Below are positions 19,693 through 28,634 of a DNA stretch of 64,000 bases, one piece after another (the first letter of the stretch is position 1; each line of letters opens with the position of its first letter). The notes under the pieces were generated by a model. It was not told where the DNA came from. It saw only the letters and a list, made by a program, of their open reading frames with translations, and did no database searches. The stretch is taken from IMG/VR virus record IMGVR_UViG_3300030019_000008. One strand, given 5' to 3'. A program made the translations under genes and the position numbers. The DNA comes from a virus.

Positions 19693-20262
19693 TTACTTCA
19701 GACGATACTTGTCCACCAACTCTTTATTCATGGTGTCGGTGGCTTCCCGCCATGCATCGGTCATCGGGTTCTTTTCCTTAAATACCCGGAGACACCGGGT
19801 CAGGGAGTAAACAGCTTGCATGAGCCTGATAGCCGGCTTGTTGAAGATGTCGAACCAAATGGCGTACATCCGGCAGAACGTCAGGACAACCATTTCATCA
19901 ACGGTAACTACGATACCGCCGTCTTCACTGACGCTGACCCGATATGGGCCTTTGGTGAGGCCCTGGAGCTTGAGGCGAAGTATTGCCTCAACAGCCGTCG
20001 GGTTCTCGATCAGTGCCTTGGCCATCTCGATCTTGCCGAGTCGCGCTTCAGCCACACCCTTATCCAGCCGACCTTCTTCGAGATCATCGGTCACTGATTG
20101 CTCGGCAACTTTGGACTCCAGCAGGGCTTTGGCCAGACAGGTCGAAGCAGCGACTGCGGCGGAAACTTCACGAGCGGAAATGGTGATCTGCATGATAATT
20201 CTCCTGTTCATGCGGTTTAGGATAGGAGACATTCCTATCCAGAAAGTGAAACTGTTAACCAC
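19693..20262 (-). CDS. Hypothetical protein (likely start MQITIS near 20193)
   Basis: AGGAG RBS before the internal ATG. Confidence 0.6.
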   Translation of the reverse strand: MVNSFTFWIGMSPILNRMNRRIIMQITISAREVSAAVAASTCLAKALLESKVAEQSVTDDLEEGRLDKGVAEARLGKIEMAKALIENPTAVEAILRLKLQGLTKGPYRVSVSEDGGIVVTVDEMVVLTFCRMYAIWFDIFNKPAIRLMQAVYSLTRCLRVFKEKNPMTDAWREATDTMNKELVDKYRLK

Positions 20263-20333
20263 AGTCTCTGAGGTTTTAAGAGCGCTAGTAATAGCGCTCT
20301 TAAAAATGGGGACTAAGCCCCATTGTGTATTAC

Positions 20334-21044
20334 TTACTTGCCGGCGATGTACTGAATCGCCTTGGCAAGCTCGACCTCCCTGCCCGAAGAGATGTTGAAG
20401 TACTCAGCCGCATTTCGCGACTGATGCATGATGCCACCATGCTCGGCGTACATGGTACAGAAAATCTCACTCCATGCTTCCACCCAGCGTTGCCGTCCGG
20501 AACCGGCACCGCATTCACACGGGTGAGCCATGAAAGCGGCCTTCATGCATTCATTGCCCAGGATCTCGTAGATACATGACGACAGCTCTTTCTTGTACTT
20601 TACCGGAGAGAAGTACAGTGCCTCGGCGGTCTTGCGATCCAGACCGCACTCCATCAGGTCGGCAATCTTGCCCTCACGGGCAATACCCTTGGTCCTGGGA
20701 GTGGTGCCAACCAGAACCATTGTGCCCACATAGGCCTTACCCATCGTGGCCACCCACTTGGCGACCCAATCACCGGCAAGCTGCACGCCGTCAATTTCAC
20801 GGCGATAGCAATCATCATTGCCGGGCATGTGCCCGACCACACCGGCCCTGTAGGCCGCGATGTCATCGAGTTCTTTGGCAGTACGGGCTTCAATACCAAA
20901 ATCGATTTCACAGATAGTGCTCACGATTTTTCTCCTGTTCGTGATATTGCAGATGACTTCACTGTCATCTAAAAATGAGCCTGATAACCCCAGGCTCCCA
21001 AGGTACAAAGCACCACTTCGACGAATGGGCTTTGTCTGTATCAA
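20334..21044 (-). CDS. Hypothetical protein
   Basis: 236-aa ORF. Confidence 0.65.
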   Translation of the reverse strand: MIQTKPIRRSGALYLGSLGLSGSFLDDSEVICNITNRRKIVSTICEIDFGIEARTAKELDDIAAYRAGVVGHMPGNDDCYRREIDGVQLAGDWVAKWVATMGKAYVGTMVLVGTTPRTKGIAREGKIADLMECGLDRKTAEALYFSPVKYKKELSSCIYEILGNECMKAAFMAHPCECGAGSGRQRWVEAWSEIFCTMYAEHGGIMHQSRNAAEYFNISSGREVELAKAIQYIAGK

Positions 21045-21052
21045 AGCCCATC

Positions 21053-21349
21053 CTAGTCCCCTATAAACAAGTTGACTTCCTTATTTCCTGCCGAGCACCC
21101 GGCAACAGTGATCAGTGACTTGACCAGTTTGATGGTATCGCGATCCATTGAAATACCAAGCCCTTTGGAGTTCTGGTTGAAATACCATTCTCCTGTAAAC
21201 CTGTCACGGTTCACGCTCAGATACGTTCCTCCTTGAAGATAGATTGCCACGTGGTCGTCTCCGGCCACTCGTATTCCCAGGATGTCTTTACCTGGGACAT
21301 AGTTCCCCGCGACCTCACGGGCTATCGCAAAAGCGGTCTCTTTCAACAT
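21053..21349 (-). CDS. Hypothetical protein
   Basis: 98 aa, GGAGG RBS. Confidence 0.6.
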   Translation of the reverse strand: MLKETAFAIAREVAGNYVPGKDILGIRVAGDDHVAIYLQGGTYLSVNRDRFTGEWYFNQNSKGLGISMDRDTIKLVKSLITVAGCSAGNKEVNLFIGD

Positions 21350-21542
21350 GATCCCTCCGAAGAGTTAGAATGGTAATGCTGGAATTCGTATTCATGGTTT
21401 TTCTCCGTTCCATGAGGTTAATTAACGACCACCCTTTTAGATGATCCGCGAATTGGTTTACATGGGAGTTCCGAAGTATTGTGATCTGCTATTTGTGTTA
21501 GCGTATCTCTCTAGGTGGAACCCCCATGTAACTGAGGCAGTT

Positions 21543-21920
21543 CTATTCTGCCTCATGCTGGCAAGCCAGCAGTGTTTCAGTTCGAGAGATGAAGTCTTCC
21601 AGACCTTCTTTCTCAAACTGGTAGGTAAATATCCCATCTTCCCACTTCGCGTGGAAGGCATCACTGCCATCGACGGCAATTGCGATAGTAGCTATGTAGT
21701 AGTTGCGACCTTGGTCGTCACTATCATCCATAACGCTAACGGTCCTGACAGTAGCAACCTTGCTGCCATCAATATATACGACATCATCCTCCCCGGTGTT
21801 CAGAGAGTTAATGATGGACGATGCCTTGGTGTTGAAGAGGTGCTTGACGACTTCTTCTGCAACGACGCAGATCTCAAACGTGGAAGTGCCAGTGAGTTGC
21901 TTTGACATGAGTGTCTCCAA
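21543..21920 (-). CDS. Hypothetical protein
   Basis: ~120 aa; probable start MSKQ with GGAG RBS. Confidence 0.6.
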   Translation of the reverse strand: METLMSKQLTGTSTFEICVVAEEVVKHLFNTKASSIINSLNTGEDDVVYIDGSKVATVRTVSVMDDSDDQGRNYYIATIAIAVDGSDAFHAKWEDGIFTYQFEKEGLEDFISRTETLLACQHEAE

Positions 21921-21925
21921 ACGAG

Positions 21926-22069
21926 TTAATGGCCTAGCATACGACGCCGAAGAGCAGCCGCTATTTCAGCAGCCACCCTCAGGTCGGTATCTTGAGTGTT
22001 GGGTGCCGCAAAGTGCGGCAGTTGTCCACCGGCAGACCGATGGACTTGAGCGGTAAAGCTTTTGTCCAT
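21926..22069 (-). CDS. Putative 47-aa microprotein
   Basis: AAGGAG RBS then MDKSFTAQVHRSAGGQLPHFAAPNTQDTDLRVAAEIAAALRRRMLGH*. Confidence 0.55.
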   Translation of the reverse strand: MDKSFTAQVHRSAGGQLPHFAAPNTQDTDLRVAAEIAAALRRRMLGH

Positions 22070-22095
22070 GGTAGGCTCCTTGGTGGACAGCTTGA

Positions 22096-22350
22096 TTAGT
22101 AAGGCTTGTAAGCCTCAGGGCGAGCACTACGATCGGCTCTGTTGGCAGCATCCATCTTAGCAGATGCTGCATCCTTAGCCGCGCATTCGGCGGCAATGTG
22201 GCCTGTATAGCAGCCGGTGATGTGCGAGGTGAACTCCTGCTGTGCAGCCACAATAGCTTTCTCAGTAGGGCTAGTGACATACTCGCCGGCAAACAGCAGT
22301 CCAGTATAAATAGCCAGAGCGATAATGATGCCGCCGATGATCTTAAACAT
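22096..22350 (-). CDS. Small membrane-anchored/periplasmic protein
   Basis: N-terminal TM segment, two Cys; AAGGAG RBS. Confidence 0.65.
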   Translation of the reverse strand: MFKIIGGIIIALAIYTGLLFAGEYVTSPTEKAIVAAQQEFTSHITGCYTGHIAAECAAKDAASAKMDAANRADRSARPEAYKPY

Positions 22351-22472
22351 TTTAGTCTCCTTGACTAAGTTGATAGATTGAATTCGATAACCTCGAACTC
22401 ATGGGTACAAAGCTTACTCTTGCGAATAAGCTTTGTCAAGCAGTCCGAAGACTGCTGGATTTAGAGGCTCTC

Positions 22473-22850
22473 TTACAAGAACCTCTTGAAGAACTCGATG
22501 ACTTCAGGGATGTTGTCATCGAATGTGTAAGTAATGCTGCCCGGTTGCTTACTCACAAGTAGGTATGTGGTGTTGACAGGATGACGAATCTCCATCCTGG
22601 TGATGGTGATGTCGTGGCGCCACCCGTCGTCAGCTTCGAACTGATGAATTTCCTTATCATACGCCGTAAACCACATTGCATCCGCACGGGTGTCGTCGTA
22701 GAACCCATCATAAACTCCTTCCTTAAACTTACTAAGGAAGCGATCTATTGCCACATCACCGAGCTTACATACTTCCCTTAAAAAATCAGGGATGACATCC
22801 ATTGTCCCGTTGTTGACGCGGGTGATTTGTTTGATCATGATTTTCTCCAT
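22473..22850 (-). CDS. Hypothetical early protein
   Basis: 125-aa ORF downstream of a promoter-like motif. Confidence 0.6.
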   Translation of the reverse strand: MEKIMIKQITRVNNGTMDVIPDFLREVCKLGDVAIDRFLSKFKEGVYDGFYDDTRADAMWFTAYDKEIHQFEADDGWRHDITITRMEIRHPVNTTYLLVSKQPGSITYTFDDNIPEVIEFFKRFL

Positions 22851-22972
22851 TAAATGTTAGTAGAAGATGAGGAATAGGATTGATTTCTATTCCAACTCAC
22901 GCTAGGAATATGTAACTGAAAATATCTATAACACAGCTTTTAAGACCAAAAAAGAAAAGAATATAGAAGGGC

Positions 22973-23016
22973 ATATAGCCTACCAGGGATGCGAAAGCAT
23001 CCCTGGTAGGCTATAT
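22973..23016 (-). terminator. Terminator-like hairpin after the helicase gene
   Basis: ATATAGCCTACCAGGGATGC / GCATCCCTGGTAGGCTATAT perfect stem. Confidence 0.75.
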
Positions 23017-24548
23017 TAGACCACTCTTGGTAATACATCCGTGTAGAATGAAGCAGAACGTGACTTGAGTAATTCAGACTTTGCAAAGTGATAATCCATC
23101 TGTTTCGGAATATCCTTACACGCCATGTAATAGAACCTAGGCGTAGTGCCATCGCTCATCTCACGAGTACGGCCGAATGCTTGCAGATTGGACTTAGGGC
23201 TTCTCACACCCGTCGTCATGATTGTACAGAACAGTTTCTTAATGTCATGACCAGTCCCAGAGGACAGAATCGTTGACACCCGGATATCTGGCTCTAGCAA
23301 ATTCTCATAAGGATCGTCATCCACATACCTACGGATATCCAGGTCAGGATGCTGCTCCCTCAAAAACTTAGTCAAGCGAGTAGCGAAGTCAATCGTTGCC
23401 ACAAGGATAAGCAACCTGAAACCAGGCTGTCTGTCCTTATGTCGCACAAACCCAATGTTCACCACATCATCAATTAAACGCATGTAGTTATTCAGAGTGG
23501 GGATGTGCTTGGCAATCGACTTCTCAAATGCCGTATGGGAATACGTTGTTGATCCATATTCAGTAGTGCGGATCTTCTGTGGCGTATAGAGATTCCACAA
23601 CACAGCAGTTGTTGCCACATACTTGACATACTCCCCACCACCAAACCGGTTCTTCTTCGGAAACACAATAGAGTACATGCGTTCCATGAACTGATCATCA
23701 TCAATGAGCGTGGCAGATAGCGCATAGCTTCTGCCAGTATGCATGTACGAATACATGCAGTAGTTCAAGTGGAAGTCCAAGTGAACTTCATCATTGATGA
23801 TAAGACCAATACCAAGCGTGGGATAGATCTCTTGTGGGTGAGTGTGTCCGAGGTTCACGAATAGCTCAGGATTACCCTCAAATGCCTTCAGATAAGCCTG
23901 CAGAGTCTTGTTGCTAAAGATGAGGATCTTTGCTTTTAGTTTCTTCTTTCTAGCAAGATCAAGCACCTTCTCAAGAGCTTCACCACCCTTGATCACCATT
24001 ACGTCTTTGCGCTTGAGCTTTAGGGTATCAAGACATGCTTGAGCCCACTGGCTAGTGAATTGAGCGCGGACCACAATACCTGTGCGCCGCCCCACTTGGG
24101 CAGCACTGTATAATGCCGAGACTGTCTTTCCTTTCCCTGTCTGGATGCCTACGAGTTGGTTTGTCTCGCTTGGATCATTCAGGAACCCAGGTATTTCTAT
24201 CTGGTGAGGACGAAGCACCCACTCAGGTCTGACTTCTAGCTTCACCTCCACACCCAGGTTAGGCTCATGAGCTGTGATGGTGTATGAATCCTCATCAAGG
24301 AAACTCCCCTTGATCATCTCCAGAAAACCAGGCAACTGGTTTATATGGAAGCGAAAAACGTTTGATCGACCCTCTCTGGTTGAGTAGACGGCTGCAATTG
24401 TTCTGAAACTCTCCCCACGTTTACGGGAGAATTGATACTGAATAAACTGGCTACCAAACCTCCTGATAATGTCTCGTCCGAGACCGGTCAGCACAGTGAC
24501 CTTAAAGTTGTGGGAGAATGTTTCAATTTCAAAATGCTTCTCAGCCAT
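23016..24548 (-). CDS. SF2 DEAD/H-like helicase (phiKZ gp75-like)
   Basis: QTGKGKT Walker A, DEVH, SAT and QAFGRTR motifs. Confidence 0.9.
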   Translation of the reverse strand: MAEKHFEIETFSHNFKVTVLTGLGRDIIRRFGSQFIQYQFSRKRGESFRTIAAVYSTREGRSNVFRFHINQLPGFLEMIKGSFLDEDSYTITAHEPNLGVEVKLEVRPEWVLRPHQIEIPGFLNDPSETNQLVGIQTGKGKTVSALYSAAQVGRRTGIVVRAQFTSQWAQACLDTLKLKRKDVMVIKGGEALEKVLDLARKKKLKAKILIFSNKTLQAYLKAFEGNPELFVNLGHTHPQEIYPTLGIGLIINDEVHLDFHLNYCMYSYMHTGRSYALSATLIDDDQFMERMYSIVFPKKNRFGGGEYVKYVATTAVLWNLYTPQKIRTTEYGSTTYSHTAFEKSIAKHIPTLNNYMRLIDDVVNIGFVRHKDRQPGFRLLILVATIDFATRLTKFLREQHPDLDIRRYVDDDPYENLLEPDIRVSTILSSGTGHDIKKLFCTIMTTGVRSPKSNLQAFGRTREMSDGTTPRFYYMACKDIPKQMDYHFAKSELLKSRSASFYTDVLPRVV

Positions 24549-24607
24549 CTTGTTACCACCAAAGAAAAATAAGGAGGATAGGGAATAAACCCCTATCCTC
24601 TCTGTGA

Positions 24608-24994
24608 CTACTGATGCAGATTGTAAATCACTTCTCTTGGCATCAGCAATGCATCGTAAGGGTGATCGGGTCGATCAGTCACCAGATATGTCTGCGGTGA
24701 CAAAATTACCTCACGATGCTGTTGGAACGCAAAGCTGGCAGACAGACTGCGCATGGCCATGATACGACGCATCACACCAAACCCCCGTTTACCATCCGGC
24801 TTGGGTAGTGCATAATTGTTGTCTTCAGCAGACACAATCATCACACCATACAGAATGGCTTCGAGGATGGACAGATGGATGTCGAGCTTCTCATTGACCA
24901 GATCATGGAAGTCACGCAAAAGCATCGTCGGAGACGTGAACTTGTCACGCTTCTTCAATTCAGTTACGCGAGACTCGATCATCGCGGCAATATC
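24608..24994 (-). CDS. nvRNAP beta' C-terminal subunit (gp74-like), exon 2
   Basis: DIAAMIES...RSLSASFAFQ...DHPYD continues exon 1 in frame after the terminal intron G. Confidence 0.8.
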   Translation of the reverse strand, partial: DIAAMIESRVTELKKRDKFTSPTMLLRDFHDLVNEKLDIHLSILEAILYGVMIVSAEDNNYALPKPDGKRGFGVMRRIMAMRSLSASFAFQQHREVILSPQTYLVTDRPDHPYDALLMPREVIYNLHQ

Positions 24995-26803
24995 CTAATA
25001 TGTTCAGGTAGTTCGTTAAGCTACCCCCGCACCTTTACGTGCAGCTATATGTTTCCATATACGTACAGATCATATCACCATCTCTAATGACACTTTCGTC
25101 AAGAAGATGCTTCCCATTTCGAACCCCACTAGGGGTCCTACACCGTAGCAAGCGGTTGATCGTTGAACGTTCTTCCTATCTTGTCTCACGACAATACTTA
25201 GAAGCTTCGCTGCTGATTTTCCCTATTCCATTGTTTTCAAGCATTCACGTTTATCTTTTCAGATTACGCAGTAGCCAATGGACCTAACGGGACGTCCCAG
25301 CAATTAAGGAAGAAACATTTAGCCATCGCTGACTAAACGCGCTTTGTTTATAGTGTCAACACTTCCTCAAACACCCAGTCACCCAATTGCAAGTGGTTTT
25401 CCATCTTGTTTCTGACCACGAAATTGGATGCTTTGAATGTGGCACATACATCTTTCATAGTGGGAAAATCTATTTCCTCACCAGTTACCACATTCTTAGC
25501 CCTGATATGTTTCGGGGCATTAGGGTGTCTCTTATAACTCGTTTCCCATGGTTCGTTTGTTTTGTATCTGAAAACATAACCCTTACACTCATACTTCTCA
25601 GGATTATTGACAGCTTTATGAATGGTGCTAAATCCCAGGTTTAGTTTCCTAGAAAGCTCCCGTACTGAATTTGCTTCGGTTACTATCCCTGATGCTGTAT
25701 TGAGGGCTTGTACTTCTCCTCCAGCAAAGTTATCGACAACGTCGATCCTCATATCGGGATATTTCACTTTAGCAACTTCCACTATCTTGTTCACATTGTA
25801 ACTAATGTTCCAGATCCGCAAACGCTTCATCAGCTCTGGAATTGTGTACAAAATTTCTATGGAATTATCAGGGTGAGTCAGAGTGATGGTATACTTGCTC
25901 TTCCTTATCAAGGCATCCTCATCAGACATCCATGGTGAATTGTCTTCGAGTTCTTTAATTTCATACCGGTCTCTAACTACCGTAGTTCGCTTTCTATTTG
26001 CTTTATCCTTGAACCTAGTGTTCTCATGCAACCCAATTGCTAGACAAACATGCTTAAAAGAGTCATAGGTCGTAACAACAGATGTTTTTATATCCCGGAC
26101 TTTGTACTTCTTACCACCGTGATGCAAACCTGTTCGATATGCGTGTTGGATATTTTCTTTAAAGGAACACCATTCTAAGTTACTAGCATGGCAGTTATAC
26201 TTATCGCCATCCATGTGATTTACCATGGGGTGAGCGAAATAGTCCCTATTATCTTTCCACGCCATCGCAACCATGCGGTGGATAAAAATCTTTTTGAAAA
26301 AACCTCTGTCGGGATCATATATCGAAATAGCCGGATAATCATTGACTAGGACGATATTGGTCATCTCAGCACCACTCTCAACTTCAAGAACTTTGCCATC
26401 GATACTAACGGCATAATCCGTGTAATTGGGAACTACTCTGTACTCACCTTTAACCACTACCGGCTCAGCAAAAACCATCACTTTGCCACTATTGGATTTT
26501 GTGAAAACAGGGTTGCAATCTACAAAACTAATAGCCTTGTAGTCTTGCGGTAGCCTCACCTCAAAGTGAGTTATGAGAGATAACCAAAACAAATCTACTG
26601 TTTCAACTTGACCGTACAAGTTTATCGTTATTTGGTTGTTAGCTATCGGTAAATCACAAACGGAACCATTTAGTTTACGAATCTCAGAATTCAGAGAAAG
26701 GATATAGTCATGATTACCAGGGATTTTTTTAAACATGCTACGATCTCAAGGATATTATCATACTATATCTGATCACTATGGAAACTTAGGCAGTTTCCAC
26801 AAA
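24995..26803 (-). mobile_element. Group I intron carrying an HNH homing endonuclease
   Basis: P AATTGCTGGGA, Q AATCAGCAGC, R GTTCAACGATCA, S GATATGATCT; 5' exon ends in U (CGT), intron ends in G. Confidence 0.88.
25348..26736 (-). CDS. Intron-encoded HNH homing endonuclease (NUMOD4-HNH-NUMOD1-like repeats)
   Basis: IHRMVA...VNHMDGDKYNCHASNLEW...ENIQHA; visibly AT-rich relative to flanks. Confidence 0.92.
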   Translation of the reverse strand: MFKKIPGNHDYILSLNSEIRKLNGSVCDLPIANNQITINLYGQVETVDLFWLSLITHFEVRLPQDYKAISFVDCNPVFTKSNSGKVMVFAEPVVVKGEYRVVPNYTDYAVSIDGKVLEVESGAEMTNIVLVNDYPAISIYDPDRGFFKKIFIHRMVAMAWKDNRDYFAHPMVNHMDGDKYNCHASNLEWCSFKENIQHAYRTGLHHGGKKYKVRDIKTSVVTTYDSFKHVCLAIGLHENTRFKDKANRKRTTVVRDRYEIKELEDNSPWMSDEDALIRKSKYTITLTHPDNSIEILYTIPELMKRLRIWNISYNVNKIVEVAKVKYPDMRIDVVDNFAGGEVQALNTASGIVTEANSVRELSRKLNLGFSTIHKAVNNPEKYECKGYVFRYKTNEPWETSYKRHPNAPKHIRAKNVVTGEEIDFPTMKDVCATFKASNFVVRNKMENHLQLGDWVFEEVLTL

Positions 26804-28372
26804 ACGGCTGTGATCCCCCATGTTGTATTGCTGCATGGGAAGAGTAAGGAATGGCTTGTTGAAGTTCCACCCACTCAAGTCAACCAGATAGTGACCATAC
26901 TCATTCGTCGTAAAACGTGCAGTCTTGATGTACTCGAGAGCATCAAATGACAAAGATGCAGTGCGGTTCTCGAACTTAACCGTAATCTCCTCACTGGTCT
27001 CGATCTTTCCATTGACGGTGTGCACACCGATCGAATTGATGGCGCTCACGCGATAGATGTCAAGATCTCTGACATTGTCAATCTCGAATATGTCCGGAAG
27101 ATTAGCCACTTCTTCCTTATCGAACGCGATGTGTGTTTTTCCTTTCTGTTTGATCAGGATATATGAGAGCCCATCCTTGGATGCGTCGATGAATCGCTTA
27201 TGACGTGGTTCAATCTCCAGCTTCTTGATGACGGTACTGCCATCGAGGTGCTTGGTGGAAAGCACATTCTGCGATGCTTTCGCACACATTGAGATCGTGC
27301 ATTGGTTGCCCAGGTTGTTGGTCTCATAGATACCCATGGCCAATTCACCGAAACATACCTCACACACACCGTCGGGATCATCGTGTTGGCACCCCATCGT
27401 GCTGCGGAACTTCAGGGTCTTACCGACGAGATGCGTGTCCTGAACTCGAACCACAGCCAACATCCCGGATTCTTCATCGATCACGTACCACTTGCCGATC
27501 AGGTGCTTGAAGTTACCTTGGGTAACACCCCACTCCATATAGTGCCGACTACCACAATCGCATTTATGAACACGCTTGAGGGTCATCGTCATCAGCTGCA
27601 GACGCCTGGAGAAGTACTCGGCAGTTTGCAGGTTGCGCTTGCTGAACTCCAGACTCTTCGATGCAGACCGAGACTCAATGAATGAGTCATGGAACAACTT
27701 GAAGCCCATCGCATATCCGCGCATGATGGGGTACTGAAAACGCCACGAGTTCGTATCGGTCAGATATCCGCGCACCGATATGCACTGGAGCATTTGCGGC
27801 TCCTTGACGGTCTTGTATCGGGCAGCACGAGCCAGTGCATTGTTCCTCAGATCCGGATCAGTTCTGATGATGTTCAGCACTTGTTTATGAGTGCTAGCAA
27901 TGGACTCCTCATTGGGTTGGGCTTCTTCATTGAGTTTCTTGATCTTGGGATGAACCAGGATCTCAACAAAGTCCAAGGCGTTGAGACTACCGATACATTC
28001 TTCGGTCCTCACCACCATGTCATTGTAAAGCCTGTTGTAATGGGAGTACACTCGTCTTGCCAGCAGATCCATGGAAACAGATGGATTGCAGTCGTGCGTA
28101 TCCCAAGCCACCGTGTTGAGCAACTTGTTGAGCATACCGCGCTCAAAAGAGCCATCCTTCAAAATGGATCTCAGATGGTGCTTGAACAGCAGAGGAGTAG
28201 AACCGAACTCCCGGTGGAACTCCCAGAAGTAACGAGAGAAGATAGTTTCGTTACCGCTACAAATCTGCACTTCTCCATCATCGAATTCAATTTCAATTTC
28301 TTTTATGTATTCCAGCTCCCAGATGGCTTGCAGGGACAGTTCCAAAAAGCTTCTTGCCTTAGTGCGTTCCAT
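26804..28372 (-). CDS. nvRNAP beta' C-terminal subunit (gp74-like), exon 1
   Basis: ESRSASKS, EYFSRRLQL, DCGS, CEVCFG and QNVLSTKH beta' motifs; spliced product about 651 aa. Confidence 0.88.
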
Positions 28373-28580
28373 CCGAATCCTCTTTTTTGTAATCCAGGAT
28401 TTTGATTTTTGCTTCGTGAATCAGAGACTTGCGATAGCTGGCATCGATGTCCCAGTCTTCCTTAATGGCAATGCCACTTCCCACATCGGAGTTATGAATG
28501 CACTGCGCCAGCACTACCGCTGCAGCATCAATACTGTTGATACCATTAATGATGGCACCAATATTGAGGGTGTCCTGCAT
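28359..28580 (-). CDS. Small hypothetical protein between nvRNAP genes
   Basis: 73 aa, AAGGAG RBS. Confidence 0.55.
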   Translation of the reverse strand: MQDTLNIGAIINGINSIDAAAVVLAQCIHNSDVGSGIAIKEDWDIDASYRKSLIHEAKIKILDYKKEDSDGTH

Positions 28581-28634
28581 GTTACTCTTATCTCCTTGTT
28601 ATTGATGAGAGGGAGAATTCTCCCTCTCATTGAT

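Noticed and set aside
21930-22090. tRNA-like multi-stem structure
   Set aside because: No T-loop/D-loop consensus or CCA; the region carries a small ORF with a strong RBS
6200-23000. CRISPR array or direct-repeat array in the accessory region
   Set aside because: The hairpins have different sequences and there are no regularly spaced direct repeats
24608-24982. Independent 124-aa gene
   Set aside because: Better explained as exon 2 of the gp74-like gene
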